This document shows, one piece after another, positions 11,301 through 20,481 of a DNA stretch of 64,000 nucleotides. A program made the position numbers and the translations under genes. How positions within the stretch are numbered: the stretch's first letter is position 1; the number at the start of each line of letters is the position of its first letter. The notes beneath the pieces were generated by a model, which saw only the letters and a program-made list of their open reading frames with translations, had not been told where the DNA came from and made no database searches. The DNA comes from a virus, in the IMG/VR virus record IMGVR_UViG_3300042505_000752, positions 64,967-128,966 of that record; one strand, given 5' to 3'.

Positions 11301-12308
11301 CAAGTTCCTCAAAAGTTTTGGGCGCAAGCCATAAACGGTCATGTTGATGGAAATGCACCCAATAAACAATTTACTCGCCTTGCACAACAAGGTGGAATTA
11401 TAAAAATGACGCAAATTTTTGGTGCTCTTGATAACGATGGTAATTTTGTAAATCAGGGATTCTTATTGCAATACGATGGTGATGACCCCAAAAACGCTGT
11501 TGAGGTTTTTGCTCTTAACATTATGCATGGGCTTGGATTAAATGTTGAGCCTGCACGCTTTGACGGAGTTTTTAGACCTGACGAAGTTCCAGTTGCAGTT
11601 ATGCCATTTGCTTGGAACAACGCACCAGAAGGTGATGTTGTTCTTCCAAAAGATTTACCCCAGTGGGATGTAAATCGTTCTGATATTTATGTTGATGAAG
11701 ACTATATTCCAAATTTTGAACATCAACAATTTGACAATTTGCCAGACAAGGCATACCCGCAAAGAATTGCCGCAATGATAGGTAACTTCATTTTGCAAAT
11801 TCCAGATAGACATAATCAAAACGGCATGGGGGGAATGTTTGGTGGCAAGCCCCATGTTGTTCCAATTGACTTAGGTTGGGCTGGAAAAAATGGATATATT
11901 GGAAATATGAACATGTTCTTTTCACAACAATTCAAAATTGATAGGACTTTTGATGCGGACAACGGAGACATGGAGCCAGATTTCCGTAAAAATATTTCAA
12001 ATCATTGGTCATCAATAAGTGATGATGCCGAAAGAGTTAGACAACAAAAAGTTATTGTTGATCTTTATGATGACATGATCGCTCGTGGAAAAGCAATGAC
12101 TCAAGATAAAGATAAATTCATTAATGACCTGTTAATTGGACTTCACGATGCAGGAAATAACGCAATAATTAGAAACAAAGCAGAACAAGAAGCAAGAAAT
12201 ATGCTCAAGATGATGATGAGGTCAATTGCTAATATGGAAAGCGAAAGAGATAATTACCTTAAAAGTATTTTTAGTATTGATGAAGCCGTTATAAAAGGTG
12301 GTGCATGA
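8328..12308 (+). CDS. 1326-aa putative virion protein with two tandem HipA/PI3-4K-like kinase-fold domains
   Basis: YRCPEGSQFGG module; DRHHNN...IDLG and DRHNQN...IDLG. Confidence 0.75.
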   Translation: MTTDCETCRPLVKVMNPQMSTDRRRFMIESKAAEYRKHMGQPSGLLQKGARAIFDPKLGPSGGYRCPEGSQFGGYITDRFGRGCGGGIIRRVGRAFGKLGRGLDNIADRRDRSRLGRAVNRRSKPNRVTRAAGALERGAQRLVGEYKPGDYKPGDGGRRNRRNLPGGSSLRRSAVPRKPKRERKLPKDGDKKPRTQGATPKKRPIVERAAEGLERAAQRVLDEDRKKRTQGAKPAKPKKPVAPKVPSLKPNLSEDKKPNITDINDIDWDNLTPEQRDEIQGIRWDAFSELEAEMSKYMGVPAARMDPDGFVKRNEKNKNVEKYAGDARKWRQLQNDFEDMPAEAIKEIDWTDEERKKILDVVNGNAKPKKPKTRGADFWERRKNNKPIKPEELDVEDAPEIFSSKPDGVPESARNVKAWEQAFKDEIDKYFAEKNVDRLEKLKKTIDLILNKDVMNLSSAMRRMLQEKINDIEKKTVALRARKARGARTATPKPKLPSLVGKPVKRNPKINRIKDNVIDALRINNMRDNAMGDFARDAIGDGLIAFPENIFNDDIKNVTDAVKWLDDGKSLYEIPQHYWAEAINEHVDSRNPGPKQYKRIDINNPGAMKSINMYEKLNQDGSGSGTGVVFARAPGNARDGMGEVLGQQVLNALGMNVAPARFDGIVREQNNGRDVPVAVMPFAWNRAAAGKIDRGKAGYNFDRSVFDQFEDKALPMRLANLLGNYFMGISDRHHNNGMAGVIDGQPYIVPIDLGWNGIKRKFYEYQGDDWLHGFSMDPDLVGVIKSHLAKLEPKEAEKQRNKIIEVFDGMILRGDAILAQGKDKFIEDAIGMMHLGADAVPNMQMRNGVDRKELESMMKEKALGIFTAMESNIASLKKERTDLFAKWGLKNAPPLGVLEVVSKPKPKNPKAPKPKAPAPAKITNNVASKGKKIGPLPALVVAEPQKRYNKVPVLGKASGDNPLPIPDDIVNSEITNLDDAVRWLDEGNRISQVPQKFWAQAINGHVDGNAPNKQFTRLAQQGGIIKMTQIFGALDNDGNFVNQGFLLQYDGDDPKNAVEVFALNIMHGLGLNVEPARFDGVFRPDEVPVAVMPFAWNNAPEGDVVLPKDLPQWDVNRSDIYVDEDYIPNFEHQQFDNLPDKAYPQRIAAMIGNFILQIPDRHNQNGMGGMFGGKPHVVPIDLGWAGKNGYIGNMNMFFSQQFKIDRTFDADNGDMEPDFRKNISNHWSSISDDAERVRQQKVIVDLYDDMIARGKAMTQDKDKFINDLLIGLHDAGNNAIIRNKAEQEARNMLKMMMRSIANMESERDNYLKSIFSIDEAVIKGGA

Positions 12309-12700
12309 TGGCTCAATATTTAATTATTTTTGGACCTTTTGGAACACCACAGAATAATTCTAAAAATGCTGTTGCTTTTAAAACTTCTGGTTCAAATATT
12401 CAAATTACCTGTTCTAAAAACAAAATGAATTATTGGAAAAATCGCATTAATGAATCTTTAGTTTTGGCAAGTTCATTTAAAGGTAATGAAGTTCAATTAG
12501 ACAATTTTGCAAAAAACAGTAGTTATGTATCTTCTATATTTTTTGATGATTCTAATTATGATGAGTACAAAAAACTTTTTGAATCAGTTAATGGTGTTAA
12601 AAGTGTAGTAAAAATTGACAGAGTACCAACTTATGACGAACCAGATTTTGACCCTAAAAAAGTTGAAAATTTCTATAAAAAGTTTGAGAAGAAAAAATAA
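12305..12700 (+). CDS. small protein, candidate partner 1 (paralog of next gene)
   Basis: ATGA overlap with the upstream gene; alignable by eye with 12700..13029. Confidence 0.75.
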   Translation: MMAQYLIIFGPFGTPQNNSKNAVAFKTSGSNIQITCSKNKMNYWKNRINESLVLASSFKGNEVQLDNFAKNSSYVSSIFFDDSNYDEYKKLFESVNGVKSVVKIDRVPTYDEPDFDPKKVENFYKKFEKKK

Positions 12701-13029
12701 TGGCTGAGTATCTTATTTATCATGGCGACTTTGGTTCCAGTATTGACGACCCCGGTCTTATGTCTATTAAGGCTGATGGGGTTAAGTTAACCATTCGTGC
12801 ATCTCGCAACATGATGGAAGAGTGGAAGGGTCGTATTGAAAATTCTAGAGTTTTGCAGGGTTCGGTAAATGACGGTCAAGTAGACCTTGAAAGATATATT
12901 TTTGCTAACAAGTATTCCACATGGACATTCTTTACTCAAGAAGAATTTGATGACTATAAAAAAGTGTATAATTCTGTAAAAGGTTCAACTGTAGTTGTGA
13001 CTATCAAGCCAGAGAAAAAGGGCGACTGA
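12700..13029 (+). CDS. small protein, candidate partner 2
   Basis: TAATG coupling; MAEYLIYHGDFG versus MAQYLIIFGPFG. Confidence 0.75.
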   Translation: MAEYLIYHGDFGSSIDDPGLMSIKADGVKLTIRASRNMMEEWKGRIENSRVLQGSVNDGQVDLERYIFANKYSTWTFFTQEEFDDYKKVYNSVKGSTVVVTIKPEKKGD

Positions 13030-13030
13030 A

Positions 13031-16000
13031 ATGGCAAAGATGCGCGCGTCATCCAAAGAAGATGCAATGAAGATTGCACGCTATGTTGGATGTTCTGGCG
13101 CACACCAAGATAAGAAGGGGAATTGGATACCTTGTGCCAATCCCGAAGATCTTGTAGAGATTCTAGATAAATCTGCAAGAAACTCTACTGAAAAATTAAC
13201 TAAAAAGAAGCGTCGTCGGTTTGTTAATGGTCAATGGGAAAGACTCGGAGAACGAGGTCCTATCAGTATTGACACAATTGACGGCGGTGGACTTGTGTCT
13301 GGTATGGGCAAGTCCTTGACTCAATGGTTTAAAGAAGAATGGGTTGATATTTCAAGACCCAAAAAAGGTGGCGGTTTTGAGCCGTGCGGACGAGATGATG
13401 CAGACAAGGGCAAATACCCCAAGTGCGTTCCAGCATCACGAGCCAGCAATATGTCAGAAGAAGAAATTCGCTCTGCTGTTTCACGGAAAAGAAGAGCAGA
13501 ATCTACACAGAGTAGAGATGACAAAAAGCCTATTTATGTTCCTACTGATAAAAAGAACGACCCATTCGTTTTGGATGAAAAATCAGCAACACCCACAAAT
13601 CCAGAACTTTATGCACGGGTTAAGGCTGAAGCAAAAAAGAAGTTTGATGTTTACCCCTCTGCCTATGCAAACGCTTGGTTAGTAAGGGAATACAAAAAAC
13701 GAGGTGGTGGATATCGTTCTGAAAAAGCAGACGATGGCGATTATGAAGAATCTGTTGAAGATCTTACCGAAATGCAATTATCCGATTTTATTGATTGGGT
13801 AGATCAAAAAGAAAAAGCAGAAAAAGTATGCCCTCCAGCAACTTCTGACATTGGCTTAAATATCAAGAATCGTCAGAATGCCATCAATACTGCTGGTTAT
13901 GGTCCCCTAAACCCGAAAGAACCCAATGTGGACTTTTGGGAAAAGAAGGCAAAACGCTGGTCCGTAACGATTGAAGAATCCAAGAAACAAAAGTGCGGAA
14001 ACTGTGCTGTCTTTATTAAGACTCCTCGGATTCTTGAATGCATTGAGTCAGGTCTTGGTAATGAGGCTGGAGACACTGCTTGGGATGCAATCAATGCTGG
14101 CGACCTTGGATATTGCGAGGCATTTGACTTCAAGTGTGCTTCTGCCCGTACCTGTGATGCATGGGTCGGTGGAGGTCCAGTAACTGTTGAAAAGGGCAAG
14201 CAAGAGGAGAAGGCAGAAACTTCCACGATTATCATTGGTCGTGCCAAGCCTCGCATTGGCGATCCTGATGTTTACACCGACCCCAACTCTGCTCGTCTGC
14301 GTTCTCGTAAACTTGGTTGCATTGGTATCGCTCGTAGAGAAACGCCAGATGGAGAAGTTGTCTGGACACCCTGCACAAATATCTCAGATCAACGCAGATA
14401 CCAAGGCGAAACACCATTAGGTCAGCGAGATGAGGCTCGGCGTTTTGCTGACAGACTTGCTGAAGTTGGCGGTCCTGATCGTAAGCGCCGACGCATGCGT
14501 AAGTATAAGAGCCTTGAATTTGCAACAGACATTAAGGCATTTCGGACCTTAGGTTCAAGTATGAATAGTCGCGGCATTAGCGGTAATTGTCGCCAATTTA
14601 CTGGCATTGATGGTGACGGAGATGGATTCGTATGTAATCCCGCAACTCGCGAGGACGACTTGCCCCTTACGGACACTCGGAAAATTTTTAAGCGTGGCGG
14701 TAAAATGCTGTCAAGGGAAGAATTGGTAGAGCAAGACGAAACAATGCTTAATATGTTTGCCAAAGGTGAACCTTTATCGCGAATTGCTGAAGAAGTAGGT
14801 CTTGACAAAAGAGAAGTTGAATTTTTAATTAAAAATTTCCGTAAACAACAACCAAAAGTTGCATTTACAATATTCAACAATCGCGATATCAATATTCAAA
14901 AAAAACGCGAAGAGCGCAGAAAATTAGCGCTTGAGAATGTTAGGCGAGAGGCAAATGCCAACCGCAAATTAAATGCAAGAGGCGAAGACCCTACGCCAGA
15001 ATCTGATGATGATCTTGATTTTACTCTTGACCCAGATAAGGTTCCGCAATATCTTAAAAAGAATTTTGCTAAATATATGCAACGCTTAAAAGACCCTGAA
15101 TTTGCTGATGAAATAAAAAAAATTGCTGATGATTTGCGTGCTGGTCTTGGTTTGGCTGGAACGGCAAAAAAATACAAACGAGACTCAGCATTTATAGAAA
15201 TTGTTCGTAGAAATGAAAAAATTACAAAAACAAAAAAACTACAAAGAGAACTCCTAGGCGTTCCTGATTTTAACAATGATACCGATGACCCCGATTTCAC
15301 TCTTGACCCCGACAAAGTTCCAAAATTTTTACAAAGGAATTTGCTTAACAATATTAGGATAGCAAGAAGTCCTGAGTTTGCGGAAGAAAGAAAGAAAATT
15401 GCTGACGACTTACGCCTTGGTCTTGGAATTGCTTCCGTAAGATTGAAATACAAACGAGACTCGGCATTTGTAGACATAGTTCGCAGGCTTGAAAAAATTC
15501 CAAAATCAAGAGAAAACAAAAAAGTTGATCCTAAAATTAGACAGGATGTTGTTGACCTTGTAGATAAATTGATTAAAGATGATAATCCATTCATGTCGGT
15601 TGCCGAAATCGCAAAAGAATTTAAAATTACTGGAATAGATGCGCGTCGGATTATTAATGCTGCAAAATTGGAAAAATATTTTGATTTGCACAATAAATAT
15701 ACAGACGCAAAAAGAAAAAAACTTTTTGCTGAAGTTGCTGAACTTCATAAACTTGATCTTACATATGATGAAATTGGCAAGCGTTTAGGAATTAGTGAAA
15801 ACTCAGTAAATCACATTGCGAAAAAAATGAAACTACCTAAAAGAAAGTTTGTGACAAAACGGAATGTTCCTCAAGTAATAAGGAGGGGTGGTGATGTAAT
15901 TCCTCGTTCTTTAGCAATGAAACAAAATAAAGAAATGCTTGATCTATATGAGCGAGGCTGGTCTATTACGGATATTGCTAAAAAAATGGGAATTGGTGTT

Positions 16001-16273
16001 GCTACTGTAAAACAAATTCTTATAAAATTTGAAAAAGATAACAAAGTTCGCCTTCGTGGAAATAATGTTATTGAAAAAGAAAATCAAATAAGAAAACTTC
16101 TAAAAGAAGGTTTGCATCCTCGCGAGATTATGCGAGACATTATTGGCAATATTCCGTATGGCAGAATTTTAGAAATTGCAAAAGAAGAGGATATTGAAAT
16201 CCCATCTATGCGTAAATTTAAATCCGACAATCAAAACTTCAATTCATTTGAGAACGATGATTATTTTTACTAA
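13031..16273 (+). CDS. modular head-region polyprotein (Cys-rich modules, DUF5872-like module, HTH array)
   Basis: Two GCxG...WxPC modules, NPELYARVKAEAK...GGGY, CGNC...C...C module, several HTH-like segments. Confidence 0.65.
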   Translation: MAKMRASSKEDAMKIARYVGCSGAHQDKKGNWIPCANPEDLVEILDKSARNSTEKLTKKKRRRFVNGQWERLGERGPISIDTIDGGGLVSGMGKSLTQWFKEEWVDISRPKKGGGFEPCGRDDADKGKYPKCVPASRASNMSEEEIRSAVSRKRRAESTQSRDDKKPIYVPTDKKNDPFVLDEKSATPTNPELYARVKAEAKKKFDVYPSAYANAWLVREYKKRGGGYRSEKADDGDYEESVEDLTEMQLSDFIDWVDQKEKAEKVCPPATSDIGLNIKNRQNAINTAGYGPLNPKEPNVDFWEKKAKRWSVTIEESKKQKCGNCAVFIKTPRILECIESGLGNEAGDTAWDAINAGDLGYCEAFDFKCASARTCDAWVGGGPVTVEKGKQEEKAETSTIIIGRAKPRIGDPDVYTDPNSARLRSRKLGCIGIARRETPDGEVVWTPCTNISDQRRYQGETPLGQRDEARRFADRLAEVGGPDRKRRRMRKYKSLEFATDIKAFRTLGSSMNSRGISGNCRQFTGIDGDGDGFVCNPATREDDLPLTDTRKIFKRGGKMLSREELVEQDETMLNMFAKGEPLSRIAEEVGLDKREVEFLIKNFRKQQPKVAFTIFNNRDINIQKKREERRKLALENVRREANANRKLNARGEDPTPESDDDLDFTLDPDKVPQYLKKNFAKYMQRLKDPEFADEIKKIADDLRAGLGLAGTAKKYKRDSAFIEIVRRNEKITKTKKLQRELLGVPDFNNDTDDPDFTLDPDKVPKFLQRNLLNNIRIARSPEFAEERKKIADDLRLGLGIASVRLKYKRDSAFVDIVRRLEKIPKSRENKKVDPKIRQDVVDLVDKLIKDDNPFMSVAEIAKEFKITGIDARRIINAAKLEKYFDLHNKYTDAKRKKLFAEVAELHKLDLTYDEIGKRLGISENSVNHIAKKMKLPKRKFVTKRNVPQVIRRGGDVIPRSLAMKQNKEMLDLYERGWSITDIAKKMGIGVATVKQILIKFEKDNKVRLRGNNVIEKENQIRKLLKEGLHPREIMRDIIGNIPYGRILEIAKEEDIEIPSMRKFKSDNQNFNSFENDDYFY

Positions 16274-16435
16274 TATTTAACAATTTTTGTAATATAACTG
16301 TCAAAAAGTGCGGTGTTACACTAGAAGCACTTACATATCTGTTATTGTAAATTGAGACGCGGTAACTGGGTGCTTACCTGAGCATTACTGGTCAGAACAA
16401 CCAAACCAAATCAACATTCTCAAGGAGAGAAAATT

Positions 16436-17734
16436 ATGTCAGTAGACGAAGGTCGCCTCACAGAATTGCAGTCTGCACTGCGTTCAAAAATGGCTGATAA
16501 CAAGGCTATCGCTGATTCGTTCAGCATTGAAGATGGCGTTGTACAGGTCACCACCCAGCAAAAGTCAGCGTTTGACAAGAACATGTCAGACATCAAGGAA
16601 ATCAAGAGCCTCATTGAGGGTCTTGAGTCCATGCGTCAGGTTGAGCAGTGGGGTTCCGCCCCTATCAGCGATTCAATCGCTGCTACTGCCGCTGCTGCAG
16701 GATTCCACATTCCCCGTGGCGCTAAGAGCCTCGGTGAATTGTTCATTGATTCGCCTGAATTCAAGTCGCTTGCTGGCGGTAAGAATGGCGCAAACATGCC
16801 CAGCCCGTTCCAGTTGAACAGTAGCGTCGCAGGACTCGGTTCATTCAGCCAGAAGGACTTGTACTCGTCATTGCCGAGCGGTACTCCTGGTGCATTCGGT
16901 AGCGTTCAGCGCGACCCGATTGTTGTGCCCCCAATGCGTACCAAGCGCGTTCGTGACTTGTTCCCGACCCGTACCACCACTGCCGCCGTTATTGAATACT
17001 TCCGTATGACTGGCTTCACCAATGCCGCTTCAACCGTTGCCGAGCGCAATGGTGGAAACACCTCATTCGGTGCAAAGCCACAGTCGGGCTTCACTTTCGC
17101 TGGCGCTCAAGCACCCGTTCGTACCTTGGCTCACTGGGAAGCCGCTCACCGCAATGTTCTTGCCGATGAACCGCAATTGCGTTCAATCATTGACAACGAA
17201 TTGATGTACGGTCTGCGTCTTGCCGAAGATGACCAAATCCTCAACGGTGACGGAACTGGCGAAAACCTTGAAGGTGTTCTCCAGACCTCGGGCATTCAGG
17301 CATACGCAAAGGGCGACAGTGGCGTTGCTTCTGACAACTATGCTGACGCGATTCGTCGTGCGGCTACCTTGTCGTTCCTCGCTTACTACGAGCCAACGGG
17401 CGTTGTTATGCACCCGAATGACTGGGAGCAGATTGAATTGTCCAAGGACGACAATGGTCAGTACCTCGTTGCTGTCAGCGTCGCCCTCGGTGGCGAACCC
17501 CGCTTGTGGCGCATCCCCGTTGTGGAAACTCCAGCAATTGCTGAAGGAACCGCTTTGGTTGGTGCATTCGGCACTGGCGCACAGTTGTACGACCGTGAGC
17601 AGGCTTCAATTCGCATCAGCGAACAGCATGCTGACTTCTTCGTGCGTAACGCCATCGTGATTCTTGCCGAACAGCGCCTTGCGCTCGCCGTCAAGCGTCC
17701 TGAGGCATTCGTTGCCGTGGACTTCACTTCCTGA
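16436..17734 (+). CDS. major capsid protein, HK97 fold
   Basis: Coiled N-terminal delta-like domain; AHW...L.D.PQL.S.ID.EL.YGL...ED.QIL.GDG; MHPNDW; LAEQRLALAVKRPEAFV. AAGGAG RBS. Confidence 0.92.
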   Translation: MSVDEGRLTELQSALRSKMADNKAIADSFSIEDGVVQVTTQQKSAFDKNMSDIKEIKSLIEGLESMRQVEQWGSAPISDSIAATAAAAGFHIPRGAKSLGELFIDSPEFKSLAGGKNGANMPSPFQLNSSVAGLGSFSQKDLYSSLPSGTPGAFGSVQRDPIVVPPMRTKRVRDLFPTRTTTAAVIEYFRMTGFTNAASTVAERNGGNTSFGAKPQSGFTFAGAQAPVRTLAHWEAAHRNVLADEPQLRSIIDNELMYGLRLAEDDQILNGDGTGENLEGVLQTSGIQAYAKGDSGVASDNYADAIRRAATLSFLAYYEPTGVVMHPNDWEQIELSKDDNGQYLVAVSVALGGEPRLWRIPVVETPAIAEGTALVGAFGTGAQLYDREQASIRISEQHADFFVRNAIVILAEQRLALAVKRPEAFVAVDFTS

Positions 17735-17756
17735 TTCTAGAACGAATCAAGTGATT

Positions 17757-17781
17757 AGCCCCCCAGCAATGGGGGGCTTTT
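17757..17781 (+). terminator. intrinsic terminator after the capsid gene
   Basis: AGCCCCCCA-GCAA-TGGGGGGCT followed by TTT. Confidence 0.85.
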
Positions 17782-17839
17782 CGCCGTTCTGGGACAAGTT
17801 TAGGTTGTATAATTAGGTAGTCGTTTTAGGGAGAGTTTG

Positions 17840-18709
17840 ATGACGGTTTCTCAAAGTACTCGTTTGCAGGTATACAGATGGACTGAGGATACAGATGCAT
17901 TTACTCGTGCACAAATGGACCTCAGCCATTCAAATATTGAGTCATATGCTGCCAAGTTGACTACTGGCACTAGTTTGCCTGCTGTTTCTTCCGCATATGC
18001 CCGTTCTTTCTTTTTTAATACATCTACGGATAAACTTTATTTTTACGATGTTGGCGATGATACTGGAACATGGCGCGAAATTACATTAGATGCGTCAATT
18101 AATAAGTCAATTTTTACAACTGCTGGGCAAATTATTTATTCAACTGCTTCTGGCACTCCAGCAATCCTTGCTGCTGGGACTAGTGGTCAGTTTTTAACTA
18201 CTTCAGGAACTGCTGTAAGTTGGGCAGAAGCAGTAACTCCAACTGGAACTCAGACATTAACGAATAAGACACTTACTTCGCCAAACTTAAATACTCCAAC
18301 AGTTGTTCAGCCAGTATTGAGCCGAGCAATTGAGTCATGGACATATGCAACTACTGCACCAAGTGGCACCCTTACACTTGACCTTGCTGTATCCACTTCG
18401 TATTTCTATAACAATGCCACTGGCTCCAGTACAACATGGACTCCAACTTTTTCCAACATTACATCACTCCTTGATGTTAATAATGAGGCATTGACTGTTG
18501 CTGTTATTAATAAAGTAAGTTCTACCGCAGCGTTTGCTGCCAGTATCACAATTACTGGAGCAACAACAACAACACTTCTTTGGCAAGGAGGAGTTACGCC
18601 AAGTGCTTCAAATACTAGTGCTGGAACGGATGCTTATATCTATACAATAGTTCGTACTGCATCTAATACTTATACGGTATTTGCTTCCCGTACACGATTC
18701 GCATTATAA
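17840..18709 (+). CDS. tail/head fiber-like structural protein
   Basis: Thr/Ser-rich; TGTQTLTNKTLTSP motif; C-terminal beta-sandwich typical of aquatic phage fibers. Confidence 0.65.
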   Translation: MTVSQSTRLQVYRWTEDTDAFTRAQMDLSHSNIESYAAKLTTGTSLPAVSSAYARSFFFNTSTDKLYFYDVGDDTGTWREITLDASINKSIFTTAGQIIYSTASGTPAILAAGTSGQFLTTSGTAVSWAEAVTPTGTQTLTNKTLTSPNLNTPTVVQPVLSRAIESWTYATTAPSGTLTLDLAVSTSYFYNNATGSSTTWTPTFSNITSLLDVNNEALTVAVINKVSSTAAFAASITITGATTTTLLWQGGVTPSASNTSAGTDAYIYTIVRTASNTYTVFASRTRFAL

Positions 18710-18714
18710 ATAAT

Positions 18715-20439
18715 ATGCCCCTATTTACAAGTTTTTCAGCAATATCAGCCAGGTCACTTGGTATGACTAGTGGTATTGGTCCAGGGAAGCCGACTATGGG
18801 TTCCCCATCTGGCGTAACGGCAACAACAATAACAATTAACTTTACTATTGTTTTAGGTTCGTTTGCACTTTCAAAATTTGAATATAGCCTCAACGGTGGG
18901 GCATACACTGGAAGTATTTCTGGCGTTGCTACTTCTTTTCAATTTACTGGGCTAACACCCAGTACTTCATATACATTTAGAATTCGCGCAGTTGATGTAT
19001 CTGGTCAAATTAGTGAACCTTCTGATCTTGTAACGCAAAGCACCTCAAGCGAAGTTGCGCCATCTGCGCCAACTGTTACCGTTACTCAAAAAGAGTCCAC
19101 GGGAACACCAATTAACGCAACACGACTTGATGTTTCATTTGGAGCCGCCGCTGCTGGAACTTATCCAGTTGTTTATTATCAGTACTCCGTTTATCGTGGG
19201 GCGACATTAGTTACTGATTGGACGACGACACCAGTAGGTACGGGTACAACATTCACTTTGCTTAATTTGCTTCATAATGCTTCACATACTGTTTATGTTC
19301 GCGGTGTTGCTACAGCAAACGGAACAACCTTCGGAACTCAAGGTTCTGGCACTGCCTCTACGGATGCGGAAATTATCAATAGTGCCCCAACCGTAACTAT
19401 TGATAGTGAAACAACTACAAATGTGACTTTTACTCGTGGTTCTTCATCTGGCGGAACTTACGGGGTTTCTCTTTATCGTTATCAAATTAAAAATGGTAGT
19501 GGTACTGTAGTTACTGGTCCTTTTGATTTGTCAAATGCATCAACACAGTTTACTGTTGCTGCTGGTGTCGGCGTTAATGCTACTTTTTCTGTTGAAGTTT
19601 TCGCTATTTCCAGTACTTCGGGAACAAGTGGCTCTGTTGGTAGTGCTAGTGGTCAACTTGATCCAAGTACGCCAGACGCTCCTACGCTAAGTTTTGCCTC
19701 CACTGGCGCTAGCGAACGAGGAAGTGCATTTCTTTCTTGGAATGCACCAACTTATGCAACGCAATATAAAGTATTTAAAAATGGCGTTGAATACTCAACT
19801 ACAACTTCAACATCAATGACTGTCGCAGTTTCTGCTGGTGCTGATTTTAACTTTACTGTCAAGGCGGGAAATAGGCTGGACGCTTTTTCTGGTAATTCCA
19901 ATACCAAGTATATGACTACGGGCGCTCAGGTTGATTGGGACCAAACGGTTTCAACAGCAAAATATATCCAGAACTATGGTTCTTGCGTTCAAGGTGACTC
20001 AATTAGTAGTCTTATTATTCAAGCACCAGTTTCTGCCTCTTCTTCAAGTGATGCTGGATATTATTATATTAATACAATAAAATTTGAGGCGTTAAAAAGC
20101 AGCGCAAGTGCCTTTGGATTTAGTGTTGGAGATAGTAATAGTCGTCCTCTTTATTTCCACAAAACATCAGGTTCACTACCCGGTGGATGGGGCGCTGGAG
20201 GGTATCACTCAATACCAAAATTCGCGCTCAGTACAACAACTGGGTACTATTATGAATATGGTGTCTATCAAGGGGGTGCCGATATTTCAAATGTAGTTTT
20301 TAAATTAACTACAACTGTAGCATTTGGCAACAACTGGGGTGCCTATAGTAGTGGTTGTGTCGCTGACATTCCCAATTCTATTACTGGCAGAAACTTTACA
20401 TTAACTGGTTTTAGAATAACCTCAACAATATATGCTTAA
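18715..20439 (+). CDS. fibronectin type III repeat virion surface protein
   Basis: Repeated P.APT...F...Y.Y.V...YTFRIRAV FN3-like units. Confidence 0.75.
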   Translation: MPLFTSFSAISARSLGMTSGIGPGKPTMGSPSGVTATTITINFTIVLGSFALSKFEYSLNGGAYTGSISGVATSFQFTGLTPSTSYTFRIRAVDVSGQISEPSDLVTQSTSSEVAPSAPTVTVTQKESTGTPINATRLDVSFGAAAAGTYPVVYYQYSVYRGATLVTDWTTTPVGTGTTFTLLNLLHNASHTVYVRGVATANGTTFGTQGSGTASTDAEIINSAPTVTIDSETTTNVTFTRGSSSGGTYGVSLYRYQIKNGSGTVVTGPFDLSNASTQFTVAAGVGVNATFSVEVFAISSTSGTSGSVGSASGQLDPSTPDAPTLSFASTGASERGSAFLSWNAPTYATQYKVFKNGVEYSTTTSTSMTVAVSAGADFNFTVKAGNRLDAFSGNSNTKYMTTGAQVDWDQTVSTAKYIQNYGSCVQGDSISSLIIQAPVSASSSSDAGYYYINTIKFEALKSSASAFGFSVGDSNSRPLYFHKTSGSLPGGWGAGGYHSIPKFALSTTTGYYYEYGVYQGGADISNVVFKLTTTVAFGNNWGAYSSGCVADIPNSITGRNFTLTGFRITSTIYA

Positions 20440-20481
20440 TAACTATCACTATAAAGTAAACACCTATGTCATAATATAGTT

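Noticed and set aside
1-13029. MuF domain in the large head-region proteins
   Set aside because: No MuF-like motif was recognised; no terminase, portal or protease is visible in this window.
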